Positions 1 to 10,341 are shown, counted from the first letter of the stretch. The stretch: DNA of 64,000 nt from an uncultured Chlamydiales bacterium (GCA_963700985.1 OY969554.1:2003303-2067302); one strand, 5' to 3'. The notes: generated by a model from the sequence alone, not told the origin. Numbers and translations: made by a program.

Positions 1-503
1 AGGTAGAAACAGAGCCACAACTCACAGCTGATATGTACACCACTGTACCTGCTGCAGTTCGGCTTTTCCTCTATCTTCCAGATATCACCAGCTCTACAGC
101 GGTTACTTTCTCGGCGCGTTATGATACCGAAGCTCAGCTGCTTGCCAGCCTGCGCGGAAGTTCACGTGTCAAAGTCGATGCCAAGCTGCAAGCTCTTTCT
201 GAGCGCTTGGAATCTCTGCGCCATCTCTCAACCAGACTTGTCGATATCCACGATGTTCCAGGTATTGAAAAAGAAGAAAAGCTCATCAAAGCCATTACTA
301 AAGAAGTGGAAGAGCTACCTGAAAGTGGAGAAGGCGAAGCCGGTGATAAGAAACCGCGTCGTCTGTTGGATGTGGTAAAGGTCTTCCTGCCAAAAAAACG
401 CGAACGCCCTGCCAAATCCGATGATGACACTCCTACTGTAGTTAAACGCAAAGAGATCAAGACAGTTACACCGCTTCAGCACAAAAAAGGCAAAAAGAAG
501 TAG
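1..503 (+). CDS. Hypothetical protein, 3' part (ORF open at window edge), charged/Lys-rich C-terminus
   Basis: Frame is open from position 3 to TAG at 501-503; stops 9 nt before the next gene; no family recognised. Confidence 0.6.
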   Translation, partial: VETEPQLTADMYTTVPAAVRLFLYLPDITSSTAVTFSARYDTEAQLLASLRGSSRVKVDAKLQALSERLESLRHLSTRLVDIHDVPGIEKEEKLIKAITKEVEELPESGEGEAGDKKPRRLLDVVKVFLPKKRERPAKSDDDTPTVVKRKEIKTVTPLQHKKGKKK

Positions 504-512
504 GGGGCGGAC

Positions 513-2567
513 ATGCAATTCACTCACACAGACGAGAAGAATTCTCTTCTCGACGATCTTCCTCTTAATGGGAAAGACAAGTGTCTGAAAACCTATAATG
601 CCATGCTGCTTACGCGCGCTTTGGATGAAAAGATGTCCAAACTCGTGCGGCAGAATAAAGGCGGCACATTCCATATCTCTGTGCTCGGCCATGAGATGGT
701 CGGCGTCGTTTGTGCTCTAGCTCTAACCCCAGGTAAAGATTGGGGTCTCCCTTATTATCGCGACCGCGCCTTTGCGGTGGGTCTTGGCTGCTCTCCTCGA
801 GACCTTCTCGGTGCTTTTCTTGCGCGTGCAGTTCAACACCATTCGGGTGGACGCATGATGCCCGAACACTTTTCGCATCGCGGATTACATATCCCTTGCC
901 AGTCGAGTTGTGTAGGCTCTCAATTTCTGCAAGCTGTAGGCGTAGCTAAAGGAATTCAATTCGCTAAGCGAGATGAAGTCGTTTATGTTTCAGCGGGCGA
1001 TGGTGCAACTTCTCAAGGCGATTTTCATGAAGCTCTCAACTTTTCTTGCCTGCATCGTTTAGGTATTGTTTTTGTCATTCAAGACAACGGCTGGGCGATC
1101 TCTGTGCCTGTCTCTGAACAGACTGCTGGGGGCTCAATTGTTAAAATTGCCCGAGGGTATAGCGGACTTTCTGTATTTGATGTAGATGGCTGTGATTTTG
1201 AGCAGCTCTCAAGTGCGATGAACTCTGCTGTAGATAAAGCGCGCGCAGGCGAAGGTCCAAGTCTGCTGGTTGCAAAAGTGCCGAGACTCGGTGCGCATAG
1301 CAGCAGTGACGATCCAACCAAATATAAAGATGCGCAGATTATTGAGTCTGAAAAAGCACTCGATCCGCTAGCTCGTTTCGAGACCTGGCTTAAAGAGATG
1401 GGTCTGGCCACAGATGAAGATTTAAAACAGCGAAAACACCTGGCTTTCCAGCAAGTCGAATTGGCAGCCCAAGAAGCTGAACAAATTCCTTTCCCGGCTC
1501 TTGAAACTGCCGATACACGTGTTTTCAAAGAAGTTCCCCACTTTGACTACGAAGAAGAAAACGCTTCTCAAGCGGAATCAATCGTGATCGTAGATGCGCT
1601 AAACCACGCGCTTGATGAAGAGATGGCCAAAGATCCGCAAATTGTGGTTTTTGGGCAGGATGTCGCACATGGTAAGGGTGGTGTCTTTGGTGTCACACGT
1701 CATTTAACTTCAAAGTATGGTGTCGAGCGCTGCTTCAACACACCTTTGGCTGAGTCGACCATCATTGGACTCGCAATCGGGATGTCTTGCGTAAGTGGCA
1801 TTAAGCCTGTGGCCGAGATTCAATTTGCTGATTACGTCTGGACCGGGATTAACCAGCTTTTCAATGAACTCGCTAGCATTCACTACCGTTCAAATGGCGA
1901 ATGGAATTGCCCAGTTGTGATTCGTATGCCTTGCGGTGGCTACATTCAGGGTGGTCCTTACCACTCTCAAAGCATCGAAGCTTTCTTAGCGCATTGCCCT
2001 GGCCTTAAAGTGGCCATTCCGAGCAATAGCGCAGACGCTAAAAGGCTGTTCAAAGCCGCGATCCGCGATCCGAACCCGGTTATCTTCCTGGAACATAAGG
2101 CGCTCTATAGACAACGCGTTTTCTGTGCTCGCCCAGAAACCGGCGATGAAGATCTCTTGCCATTTGGCAAAGCGCGCGTGGTGCGCAAAGGCGATGATCT
2201 AACTGTGGTTGCTTGGGGCATGACGGTTGTAATGGGCTTTGAGGCAGCTGAAAAGCTCGCCAAAGAGGGCATTTCAGTCGAGCTGATCGATCTTAGAACG
2301 ATTGTTCCTTTAGATCTCGAGAGCGTCCTCACTTCGCTGCGCAAAACAGGCAAACTCTTAATCGCCCATGAAGCGGCTGGAAACGGCGGCTTTGGCGCTG
2401 AAATTGCTGCAAAAGTGGTCGAGCAGGGTTTTCATCTTCTCGATGCACCGATCGTGCGCGTGACCGGCAAAGATTGCATGGTTCCCTACTGCAAAGATCT
2501 CGAAAATGCAGTGCTTCCGCAAGTGGATCAGCTCGAAAGCGCTATCCGCAAGCTCGCCAACTTCTAA
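513..2567 (+). CDS. 2-oxoacid (branched-chain type) dehydrogenase E1, fused alpha/beta subunits
   Basis: TPP-binding GDGATSQG...QDN motif, PYYRD, HSSSDDP, then beta-subunit motifs FNTPLAE, EIQFADY, GGPYHSQ; this fusion is typical of Chlamydiae. Confidence 0.93.
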   Translation: MQFTHTDEKNSLLDDLPLNGKDKCLKTYNAMLLTRALDEKMSKLVRQNKGGTFHISVLGHEMVGVVCALALTPGKDWGLPYYRDRAFAVGLGCSPRDLLGAFLARAVQHHSGGRMMPEHFSHRGLHIPCQSSCVGSQFLQAVGVAKGIQFAKRDEVVYVSAGDGATSQGDFHEALNFSCLHRLGIVFVIQDNGWAISVPVSEQTAGGSIVKIARGYSGLSVFDVDGCDFEQLSSAMNSAVDKARAGEGPSLLVAKVPRLGAHSSSDDPTKYKDAQIIESEKALDPLARFETWLKEMGLATDEDLKQRKHLAFQQVELAAQEAEQIPFPALETADTRVFKEVPHFDYEEENASQAESIVIVDALNHALDEEMAKDPQIVVFGQDVAHGKGGVFGVTRHLTSKYGVERCFNTPLAESTIIGLAIGMSCVSGIKPVAEIQFADYVWTGINQLFNELASIHYRSNGEWNCPVVIRMPCGGYIQGGPYHSQSIEAFLAHCPGLKVAIPSNSADAKRLFKAAIRDPNPVIFLEHKALYRQRVFCARPETGDEDLLPFGKARVVRKGDDLTVVAWGMTVVMGFEAAEKLAKEGISVELIDLRTIVPLDLESVLTSLRKTGKLLIAHEAAGNGGFGAEIAAKVVEQGFHLLDAPIVRVTGKDCMVPYCKDLENAVLPQVDQLESAIRKLANF

Positions 2568-2602
2568 AAACATCTCTGCGCGCAGCACTAAATTCTAGAA
2601 GA

Positions 2603-2685
2603 TAACAGGATAAGATAGAAAAAATATATCCTGCTTATCCTACCGCCGCTATGCGGCGATCCTGCGCACCCTGTAAATGATCTAC
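2603..2685. repeat. Palindromic intergenic repeat family A (ACAGGAT...ATCCTG..CCTGTAAATGA), copy 1
   Basis: Similar to 44338-44424 in the same orientation and to 24045-24117 and 49211-49253 in reverse orientation. Confidence 0.8.
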
Positions 2686-2699
2686 TAAAAAAAGCTCAG

Positions 2700-2766
2700 T
2701 AATCACCGAGCAAGAAAGAAAGCGAATTTTCCTTCTTTCTTCACTCTGTGTTCTCTGTGGTGAAAT
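2700..2766. repeat. Degenerate short copy of repeat family B (CTCTGTG..CTCTGTGG end)
   Basis: ctctgtgttctctgtggtgaaa matches the right end of the elements at 13334-13490 and 17884-18065. Confidence 0.55.
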
Positions 2767-2770
2767 TCTT

Positions 2771-3115
2771 TTAAGAGGGAGTAAGCTTAGCTGGGGTTTT
2801 GAGGCGGCTTTTGCGCAAATGCATGGGCTTTGGGCTTTTGAAGCGATTAGTCATCTCGCGCATGAGGCGTTCGTTCAAGCGAGTGAAGTGTGCGACTTTT
2901 TTTTGTAGATGTTTTGAATGAGAAGCACAACTCTTGAGTAGCTCTTCACGATGCAGCAGGCGGGCACAGAGGCTCTCTTGAGTCTTGTGCAAAGCGGCAA
3001 TCTCATTTTTATCTAAGATCTTAAAAGAGAGGCCTTCAGCTGCTTCTGCATTGCAGATCAGCTGATCGAGCGTCGCATCGATCTCAGCCAAAAGCGCTTC
3101 TTTTCTTGTTTTCAT
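2771..3115 (-). CDS. Hypothetical helical protein
   Basis: 114 aa ORF with purine-rich RBS, divergent from yycJ. Confidence 0.65.
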   Translation of the reverse strand: MKTRKEALLAEIDATLDQLICNAEAAEGLSFKILDKNEIAALHKTQESLCARLLHREELLKSCASHSKHLQKKVAHFTRLNERLMREMTNRFKSPKPMHLRKSRLKTPAKLTPS

Positions 3116-3181
3116 ACAATTTCCCTTTTCTATTTATTTAATCAATGCAATATTCTGTGTCAAATTAATATTGAAAAAATA

Positions 3182-3955
3182 ATGATCGGCTTCTGTCCGC
3201 TTGCATCTGGTTCAAAAGGTAATTGTATTTATCTTGGCACGCCGCAGACCAAAATCCTGATCGATGCAGGACTTAGTGCGAAGATAATAGCCAAGCGTTT
3301 AGCCGAGATCGGTGTTGATCTAGCTGAGATCGATGCGATTTTAATTACACATGAGCACACAGATCATATTCTTGGCTTAGCGTCGCTTGGGTGCAAAATG
3401 CAGATTCCCATTTTTGCCAATCGCGAAACAGCTAGCAGTATCTACTCGATTTTAAAAGAGTGTCCAAAATTTAAAATCTTCTCGACAGGGGAGACGTTTG
3501 AATTTGGAGATCTTGAAATCCATCCCTTTTCTATTAAGCACGATGCCGTTGATCCTGTGGCATTTACTATTCGTTTAGGTGCGCTCAAGCTAGGCTTTTG
3601 CACCGATCTCGGCTTTGTCTCATCGCTCGTTAAACGCGCGCTGATGGAGTGCGACTATCTTTACGTGGAAGCTAATCATCAACCTTCCATGGTCTACGCC
3701 TCGGCTCGTCCAGTGGTATATAAAGAGCGCGTGCTCGGCCGTCAGGGGCACCTTTCCAATGAGGAGTGTGCAGATCTACTCATCGAAATCTACCATCCAG
3801 GCTTGAAACATGTGCACCTGGCCCATCTCTCTTCGGAATGTAATAGCGAAGAGATGGCGCTGCATATCATCGGATCGAAGCTGAAAGAGAAAAACATTAC
3901 TCTCGATCTTTCTATCGCCTACCAAGACAAGAACAGCCGGCTCATTACTTTTTAA
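3182..3955 (+). CDS. yycJ: MBL-fold metallo-hydrolase, YycJ/WalJ family
   Basis: LASGSKGN, THEHTDH, EANH, GHLSN and HLSSECN motifs. Confidence 0.9.
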   Translation: MIGFCPLASGSKGNCIYLGTPQTKILIDAGLSAKIIAKRLAEIGVDLAEIDAILITHEHTDHILGLASLGCKMQIPIFANRETASSIYSILKECPKFKIFSTGETFEFGDLEIHPFSIKHDAVDPVAFTIRLGALKLGFCTDLGFVSSLVKRALMECDYLYVEANHQPSMVYASARPVVYKERVLGRQGHLSNEECADLLIEIYHPGLKHVHLAHLSSECNSEEMALHIIGSKLKEKNITLDLSIAYQDKNSRLITF

Positions 3956-4011
3956 ATGCTAGATAAGCATTTGCTTAGTAGCATATCTCCTTTTCAAAAC
4001 CCGGAGAACAT

Positions 4012-5172
4012 ATGGCTGCTTCCGCACTATCCGCTACCACGACCGCGCTCACAAATCTGGCTGAAGATTGGGATTCTATTAATGTTAACGAAGATACAGA
4101 GGCTACCTCTCTATCAATTTTTGATACCCTTCAGCTGAAAGTGCAGGCCTATCTCTTTACCTTTGTAGATGTTTCTGGTTTGAAAGCTCTGAACTTAGTG
4201 AATAGGACTTTTTATAGAGTTGTTGAGGGACAAACTCTCTTTCCGCTTATTCGCAACCAATTTTTAGATTTTGGAATTTCATTTCAAAGAGGCTCTTCAA
4301 GAAAGGATACACTTCTTAGAGAGGAGCTTCTCCAGAGTTGGGCGGAGGCTTCAACTCTAGTACAAAATCTACAGTTGAATCATAGCTGCTTAATAGATGA
4401 GGGCTTCGAAGCTTTTTGTGATCAGGCTCCCATTCCATCTCCTACCTTTGCAGGGACTCTGATTTCTGGAAGAGATTTTGTAGATAGGCTCTTTGCAATT
4501 AAAGTATCTCCTCCGAGAAGGCCTTTAGCCACTGTCTGCCAAAGTTGGAACGATTACATAGGGGGTTTGGGGAAAAGCGGGATTTTTGATGCTGAGGAAT
4601 TAAAAATCGCACTGGGCTATGTGCCTATGATGAAAGCGCTACAAACAGATGCACCAAGTGCGGTTATTAAGTGGGGGATGTTTTTAGATTCATTTCTAAA
4701 TCTGCTGAATGGGGACAAAATTCCGCCTGGTAAGATAAAGCCGGCAATATTGCATCTTGCCAATCAACTTAGCCAGAGTAAGTGTGCAAGAACAGCTTTT
4801 GCACATCTGGTTTACCAATTTTTTCGTTTTAGAGATCCCTGCTATTTAAAACGTCAGCTTTTGATCTTGCTTCGCTCGCTTCCAGCGGAAAAAAGATGTG
4901 CTGAAGCCGTGGTTTACGAGGTGAGATCTTTCATCAATAAGATGCTCGGTTTAAATAATAGAGGTGACTTCTTAGTCGAAGATCATCTCCAATTGCGACA
5001 CCTTGCTCTATTTTCTAAAGGGGCTTTTTTCAACCCTGAAACTAAACGATATAACATGCGAGCCGCTGCCCAACTGCTTCAGGATTTCGATTTGTTGAAG
5101 CGGTGGACACCATTTAAAGAAGAGGTGTTAACAAGCCTAGTCATAAAAGATGACTGGGTAGCAGATTCATAG
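4012..5172 (+). CDS. Putative F-box-containing effector protein
   Basis: A/S/T-rich N-terminus, then F-box-like FDTLQLKVQAYLFTFVDVSGLKALNLVNRTFYRVV; GGAG RBS; remainder unrecognised. Confidence 0.6.
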   Translation: MAASALSATTTALTNLAEDWDSINVNEDTEATSLSIFDTLQLKVQAYLFTFVDVSGLKALNLVNRTFYRVVEGQTLFPLIRNQFLDFGISFQRGSSRKDTLLREELLQSWAEASTLVQNLQLNHSCLIDEGFEAFCDQAPIPSPTFAGTLISGRDFVDRLFAIKVSPPRRPLATVCQSWNDYIGGLGKSGIFDAEELKIALGYVPMMKALQTDAPSAVIKWGMFLDSFLNLLNGDKIPPGKIKPAILHLANQLSQSKCARTAFAHLVYQFFRFRDPCYLKRQLLILLRSLPAEKRCAEAVVYEVRSFINKMLGLNNRGDFLVEDHLQLRHLALFSKGAFFNPETKRYNMRAAAQLLQDFDLLKRWTPFKEEVLTSLVIKDDWVADS

Positions 5173-5176
5173 CAGG

Positions 5177-6508
5177 TTATAGAGGAAGAGTAAGCCCGTC
5201 GAAGGCAAAGCGCACGCGACAGGACATCTTACAGTCGTCTAGGACATCATGATGACACTGCATCTTACGGTGCAGGTCATCATCGGAGTGTTGAGGATCA
5301 TGGTGTGTGACGATCCACTCTTTTGTACCCGTGAGTTTGATCAGTGCGGTCGCATTTGCAATAGAAGAGTGTCCCCAGCCAACTTTCTCATAATACTCTT
5401 CCGGAAAGTATTGAGCTTCATGGATCAGAAGATCGCAGTCTTTAAAAAACTTGAGCAGGCTTTCGTTGGGGGCCATCAACGGACTATCTTTGTTAATCTC
5501 TTTTGGGCTGCCGTGGTAGCCCATAAGTATTTCATTATCGGTGACATAGCCAATCGTCTTCCCAACAGCTTTTATTTTAAAGCATAGCGTTGGGCCTGGA
5601 TGATAGGTGTAGTGAGTATCGACAGTGATACTTCCGATTGAGAAGGGCGTGCCTTCTTCGATGTCTTTAAATGTTAGCCTAGCGCGGATGTCATCCAGCC
5701 TTACAGGAAAGTAGGCGTAGGCGAGCATTTCGGTGAAGAGATCTTTGGTCGTTTTTTCAAAGCCAATCGGTGACCAGATGGTCAAATGGCAGTCGCTGCG
5801 ATAAATCGGAGCAAAGAAGGGAAATCCGATGATGTGGTCCCAATGCGTGTGTCCGATGAGCAGGTTGATTGATTTAGCTTTTTTCAAAAATGGGGTGCTG
5901 CCTAATGGTCGGATGCCGGTGCCAGCATCGATGATCAACAGATCATCGCCACAGCGCACTTCCAAACAGGCCGTATTGCCGCCAAAGCGAATGTAATCGC
6001 GTCCTGAAACTGGATTTGAGCCGCGAGTGCCCCAAAACTTAATATAAGACTGTGGTGCATGAACACAGGGAACGTAGTCATCGCGTTTTTGCGTTTGTGT
6101 ATCGGTCGACTCGTATCCTGAAAAGGGAGGCGGTGTTAATGTGCCTTCGAAGAAGCGTGCAAACACCTCATAAAGTTGCTCGATTTCAAAGGGTTTTTCT
6201 AAGAAGTAATCGGCACCTGCATTTAAAGAAGCGTGGTAGTTCTGAATCATGGCTTGCGCAGAAGAGATGATCACACCCACAACTTTATTAGTGGCGCCCC
6301 CTTTGAGCTGTTTCAAAATTTCAATTCCATGGATCTGGGGGAGAAGAAGGTCGACTAGAACGAGATCGGGTTGAAAGGTCTCGATTTTTTTCAGGCACTC
6401 GCTGCCATTGAAAGCGGTATCAAATTCGTATTGTTGGCTACCTGATGCATGGATAATTTGGCGGATAAGCTCTTTAGACGGATCGGCTAAGAGAATACGC
6501 TTTTTCAT
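5177..6508 (-). CDS. Response-regulator receiver domain fused to MBL-fold metallo-hydrolase
   Basis: REC motifs (RILLAD, DLVLVDLLLP, FLEKPF), then FWGTRGS, GGNTAC, HTHWDH, GWGHS, HHDP; start placed at MKKRILL (6508), just after the upstream stop. Confidence 0.88.
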   Translation of the reverse strand: MKKRILLADPSKELIRQIIHASGSQQYEFDTAFNGSECLKKIETFQPDLVLVDLLLPQIHGIEILKQLKGGATNKVVGVIISSAQAMIQNYHASLNAGADYFLEKPFEIEQLYEVFARFFEGTLTPPPFSGYESTDTQTQKRDDYVPCVHAPQSYIKFWGTRGSNPVSGRDYIRFGGNTACLEVRCGDDLLIIDAGTGIRPLGSTPFLKKAKSINLLIGHTHWDHIIGFPFFAPIYRSDCHLTIWSPIGFEKTTKDLFTEMLAYAYFPVRLDDIRARLTFKDIEEGTPFSIGSITVDTHYTYHPGPTLCFKIKAVGKTIGYVTDNEILMGYHGSPKEINKDSPLMAPNESLLKFFKDCDLLIHEAQYFPEEYYEKVGWGHSSIANATALIKLTGTKEWIVTHHDPQHSDDDLHRKMQCHHDVLDDCKMSCRVRFAFDGLTLPL

Positions 6509-6509
6509 C

Positions 6510-6860
6510 TTATGCTTGTCCATCGGGTGGTTCAGGGGAAACATGTAGCTGCTCTTTTTTCTTCCAGAAGAAGAAAAAACAGCTTAGGCCAATCGTTCCG
6601 AAGATGCCAGCTACGAGAAACAGGTTTAAACGCTGACCTTTAGTCAGGATAAAATCAGGGTTAGTGTCGGTGTCGGGAAGGCCCATCGATTCTTCTTTGA
6701 TCACGGCGCTTTCATCTGGAGGCACATCTAGATAGGGTTCAGCAATAAGGGCGTAGGCTAAGGTGAAAATAGAGAAAAATAGAAGCAGAAAACCCATGTA
6801 ACGAAGACGTGGAAGAAGTTTTTTTTCGTTTTCTAGTTTATCCAAAGAAGTCTTCGTCAT
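6510..6860 (-). CDS. Hypothetical membrane protein with two TM segments
   Basis: Two hydrophobic helices; in an operon between ftsK and the REC-MBL gene; start uncertain. Confidence 0.6.
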   Translation of the reverse strand: MTKTSLDKLENEKKLLPRLRYMGFLLLFFSIFTLAYALIAEPYLDVPPDESAVIKEESMGLPDTDTNPDFILTKGQRLNLFLVAGIFGTIGLSCFFFFWKKKEQLHVSPEPPDGQA

Positions 6861-9156
6861 CTGATTGTCCCCTCTTTTCTTGGTTTAAAGGAGTGCTTAA
6901 TAAAATGCGACGAGGTTTACTGCCTTCTTGAGGTCCGATGACGCCTTTGGCTTCAAGTTCGTCCATTAAAGAGGCGGCTCTTGCATAGCCAATTTTGAGT
7001 TTTCTTTGCAAGAAAGTTGTCGAAGCATTTTTAGTCTCAGTAACGATACTCAGCGCTTCGCTGAAGAGGCTATCTTTGGCATCATCCATGTCGTCGCTCA
7101 TCTGTTTTTCATAGCCCATCTTATCAAAAGATTCGATGAGGTATTGCGTGGGCGTCTGCTCGCAGATAAACGCAACAATTTTGCCAATTTCTTCATCGCT
7201 TACATAAGCGCCCTGCGCGCGCGTGAGGTGAGATGTGCCAGGTGGCAAGAAGAGCATATCGCCATTTCCAAGCAGGCTGTCGGCACCGGTTTCATCCAAA
7301 ATGATTTGCGAGTTGATGCGGCTGGCTACTTTAAAGGCGATACGTGTGGGGAAGTTGGCTTTAATTAATCCAGTAATCACCTCGCGAGACGGACGCTGAG
7401 TGGCTAAAACCAGGTGGATACCCACGGCACGCGCCATCTGGGCGATACGGGCAATAGGTGTTTCAAGATCGGAGCTTGAGGCCATCATAAGGTCAGCAAA
7501 CTCATCGATGATCGCTACGATGCAATGCATCTTATCTGGCACAGGTAGCGCCAGCGAGGATTCGAGCTCTTTGTCTACTTTGCGGCTATTAAAAGCCGTG
7601 ATATTACGCACGCCCAACTGCTTTAGAATGTCATAACGATTAAGCATCTCTTTAACTAGCCATTGGAGGGCGGCGTAAGCTCCATGTGGTTCGGTGATTA
7701 CGGGCGCCATCAGGTGGGGAAGATTGGCATAAGGCGTAAGCTCGACTTTTTTTGGATCGACTAACAGTAGGCGCACTTCATCAGGCCGGGCATTCATCAA
7801 GATCGAAAGAATCAAGGTGTTGATGCAAACCGATTTCCCTGAACCGGTCGCACCCGCGATGAGGCAATGGGGCATTTTGGCCAGATCGGTCATTACAAAA
7901 TCGCCCGTGACGGTTTTACCCAGAAGCACAGGAATCTGAAATTTACGCGGATTTTGCTGGTAGTTGATCAAGATCTCTTTGAAGCTCACTTCTTGCGGGA
8001 AGAGAGAAGGGATCTCCACGCCAATAGCAGCTTTACCTGGGATCGGTGCCAAGATACGGATCGATTTGGCCTGTAAATTCAGTGCAATGTCATTTTCCAA
8101 AGCGGTGATCTTTTGAACTTTTACACCCACGGCAGGATGGACTTCAAAAGAGGTGATAGTAGGGCCGCAGTGAATATCGCCAACTTTGGCTTCAATGCCA
8201 AAGCTCATCAGTGTCTCTTCTAAGATATCGGCTTGGCGGCGCAGATCTTTTTTAATCGAAGGCTGATCGACTTTTTTGGGGTTATTTAGAAGAGAAAGAG
8301 GAGGAAGGCCATAACGTGTAAAATCGCCCTCAGCTCGCTGAGGTTTGGGAAGTCGCGGTTTTTTCGCCACGGCTTTAGCCAGTTTTTCTTCTTCATTAAA
8401 CTCTTCAGCCGGCGGCTGTTGTGTTTGAGTGGCTGTCGGAGGATAAAGAGGCTGAGGGAAGCGCTTGGTGAGCGTGCTTTCGATCTCTTGAGGGCTTTTT
8501 TTGTCTAATAGTTCATCTTTTTTAAACGAGAGGATGAGCTGCCCGATTTGATGACGTGCGAAAAGAGAGAAGCGTTTAATTTGATGCCAAACCGAGAGGA
8601 TTTTGATCTCTAAAAGCAGCAAGAATGAGACTAGGGCAGTGGTGGAAAAAGTCAGGCCGATGCCGACATCGCTTAAAAGCGTCTGCAGATTGAATGGGGT
8701 GAGATCGCGATAGAGAAAATAGAGGGGAGCTCCGCCCAAATAGGTGCGAGTAAAACGATGTGGATAAGGCCATTTCAGCAAGATCGATTCGCTGAGAACT
8801 TTGTTGCCGAAAAGGGGGGAAAGCGAATGCTCGGCAATCAAATTTAAGAGCAGTGAAACGGAGAGTAAGAAGATAGAAAAATAGGTGATTTTCATCGGCA
8901 GCTTTTCTAGCTTCTTGGTGCATACAAAACGCCAGCCTATCCAGCCAAAGAAAATTGCCACGGGATAACTCATCAACCCAAACAGATAGATCTGCAGCCA
9001 TGCCATGCCATAGCCGATCAGCCCAAGCCAGTTGGTGCCAGGATTTTCTGCGTCGAAACTGAGGAGGGTGAGCAGAAGGACAAACGATCCACCGAGGAAG
9101 ATGAGGCCTTTAGCTTCGGCATGTAGGGCGGATTTTTTTTCAGTTGTGCGAGTCAT
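6838..9156 (-). CDS. ftsK: DNA translocase FtsK
   Basis: N-terminal TM segments, AGATGSGKS Walker A, LVDPKKVEL, IIDEFADL, LATQRPS, gamma-domain LQRKLKIGYARA; ATG at 9156 overlaps the uppP stop (ATGA). Confidence 0.96.
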   Translation of the reverse strand: MTRTTEKKSALHAEAKGLIFLGGSFVLLLTLLSFDAENPGTNWLGLIGYGMAWLQIYLFGLMSYPVAIFFGWIGWRFVCTKKLEKLPMKITYFSIFLLSVSLLLNLIAEHSLSPLFGNKVLSESILLKWPYPHRFTRTYLGGAPLYFLYRDLTPFNLQTLLSDVGIGLTFSTTALVSFLLLLEIKILSVWHQIKRFSLFARHQIGQLILSFKKDELLDKKSPQEIESTLTKRFPQPLYPPTATQTQQPPAEEFNEEEKLAKAVAKKPRLPKPQRAEGDFTRYGLPPLSLLNNPKKVDQPSIKKDLRRQADILEETLMSFGIEAKVGDIHCGPTITSFEVHPAVGVKVQKITALENDIALNLQAKSIRILAPIPGKAAIGVEIPSLFPQEVSFKEILINYQQNPRKFQIPVLLGKTVTGDFVMTDLAKMPHCLIAGATGSGKSVCINTLILSILMNARPDEVRLLLVDPKKVELTPYANLPHLMAPVITEPHGAYAALQWLVKEMLNRYDILKQLGVRNITAFNSRKVDKELESSLALPVPDKMHCIVAIIDEFADLMMASSSDLETPIARIAQMARAVGIHLVLATQRPSREVITGLIKANFPTRIAFKVASRINSQIILDETGADSLLGNGDMLFLPPGTSHLTRAQGAYVSDEEIGKIVAFICEQTPTQYLIESFDKMGYEKQMSDDMDDAKDSLFSEALSIVTETKNASTTFLQRKLKIGYARAASLMDELEAKGVIGPQEGSKPRRILLSTPLNQEKRGQSDDEDFFG

Positions 9157-9935
9157 ATTGATAAGCAGAGGGTTGTGATTAGGCCCAAAATTAGGCAGTA
9201 CCAAGCAAAGGGGCGCAGATCACCTTTTTCTAAAATGCGCACAGCATAGCGTATCACCAAAAAACCTACGCTGCAAGCTCCGAGAAATCCGATGAGGCAT
9301 GCGCTTAAGGGCAGCGTGAATTCAGTTGAAGGAGCTAGGCAGAGTTTAAGCAGCTCGAGACTATTGCCGCCTAAAATCGTAGGAATCGAAAGCAGAAAAG
9401 AAAAACGCACAGCTTCGCGAGCATTCCAGCCAAGCACTTGTGCGCAAGAAATCGTAGAGGCGCTACGTGAAATTCCTGGGATAAGCGCGGCGGCTTGCAT
9501 CGTGCCGATCCATAGAGAGTCATAGATGTTACGCTTCGTCGAGAGGTTTTCTGGGCGCTTTAATCTGAGGCGTGAGCCGGCAAATAGAATTACGCCTGTC
9601 AGCATCAGAAAAAAGCCAAGAAAAGTAGAATGCGAAGCCCAATCGCGTAGTGGTTTAAGCAAGAAGTAAAAAGGGAAGAGCGGCACTGTAGCCACCATGA
9701 TCATCCAAAGTTTTTTGCGCTCGCTGCGAAATAGGTTAATGATGTCTTGGCGTAAAAAGATCAGCAGTGCAAGAAGCGTGCCGAGGTGGCAGACGAGATC
9801 GAAGATCACCAGATTTTCTCCCTCTTGGATCCCCAGAAGGAGCTTCGATAGCTTTAAATGAGCGGAGGAGCTGACCGGTAAGAATTCCGTTAGCCCCTGC
9901 AAAATCCCCATGATTAAAGCTTCAAATATGGACAT
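9153..9935 (-). CDS. uppP: Undecaprenyl-diphosphate phosphatase
   Basis: QGLTEFLPVSSSAH and PGISRS motifs, polytopic membrane protein. Confidence 0.95.
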   Translation of the reverse strand: MSIFEALIMGILQGLTEFLPVSSSAHLKLSKLLLGIQEGENLVIFDLVCHLGTLLALLIFLRQDIINLFRSERKKLWMIMVATVPLFPFYFLLKPLRDWASHSTFLGFFLMLTGVILFAGSRLRLKRPENLSTKRNIYDSLWIGTMQAAALIPGISRSASTISCAQVLGWNAREAVRFSFLLSIPTILGGNSLELLKLCLAPSTEFTLPLSACLIGFLGACSVGFLVIRYAVRILEKGDLRPFAWYCLILGLITTLCLSI

Positions 9936-10054
9936 GTTTATGAATCCTCTAGGCTCTACCTTTGTATTACATTAAATTAAAGAATATATGAATATAAGAA
10001 CCTATTCTACTAAATTTTCTCTAGATATTTAGTGGAACATGTTCATGAATGAAA

Positions 10055-10131
10055 TGGGCGATCGACGGGGCTCGAACCCGCGACATTTGGATCCACAATC
10101 CAATGCTCTAACCAACTGAGCTACGACCGCC
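10055..10131 (-). tRNA. tRNA-His (GTG)
   Basis: Reverse complement GGCGGTCGTAGCTCAGTTGGTTAGAGCATTGGATTGTGGATCCAAATGTCGCGGGTTCGAGCCCCGTCGATCGCCCA; cloverleaf, anticodon GTG, G-1/C73 identity pair. Confidence 0.96.
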
Positions 10132-10341
10132 ACAAGTGAAAGTGATCATTTGTACTCTACAACAGCTGTTTTCGTCAATCTACCAGCCACTGACATGCCA
10201 TGAACCTGCTCCAATAAATTCCCACTAGCGATCAAATAGTGTATCATATAGTTTTTAAATTTATTTTTATACTTTCTTTATTTTTTGTTTATGTTATAGT
10301 CTTGCTATTAATTTTTTTATATTTAACTAATTGGAGGGATT

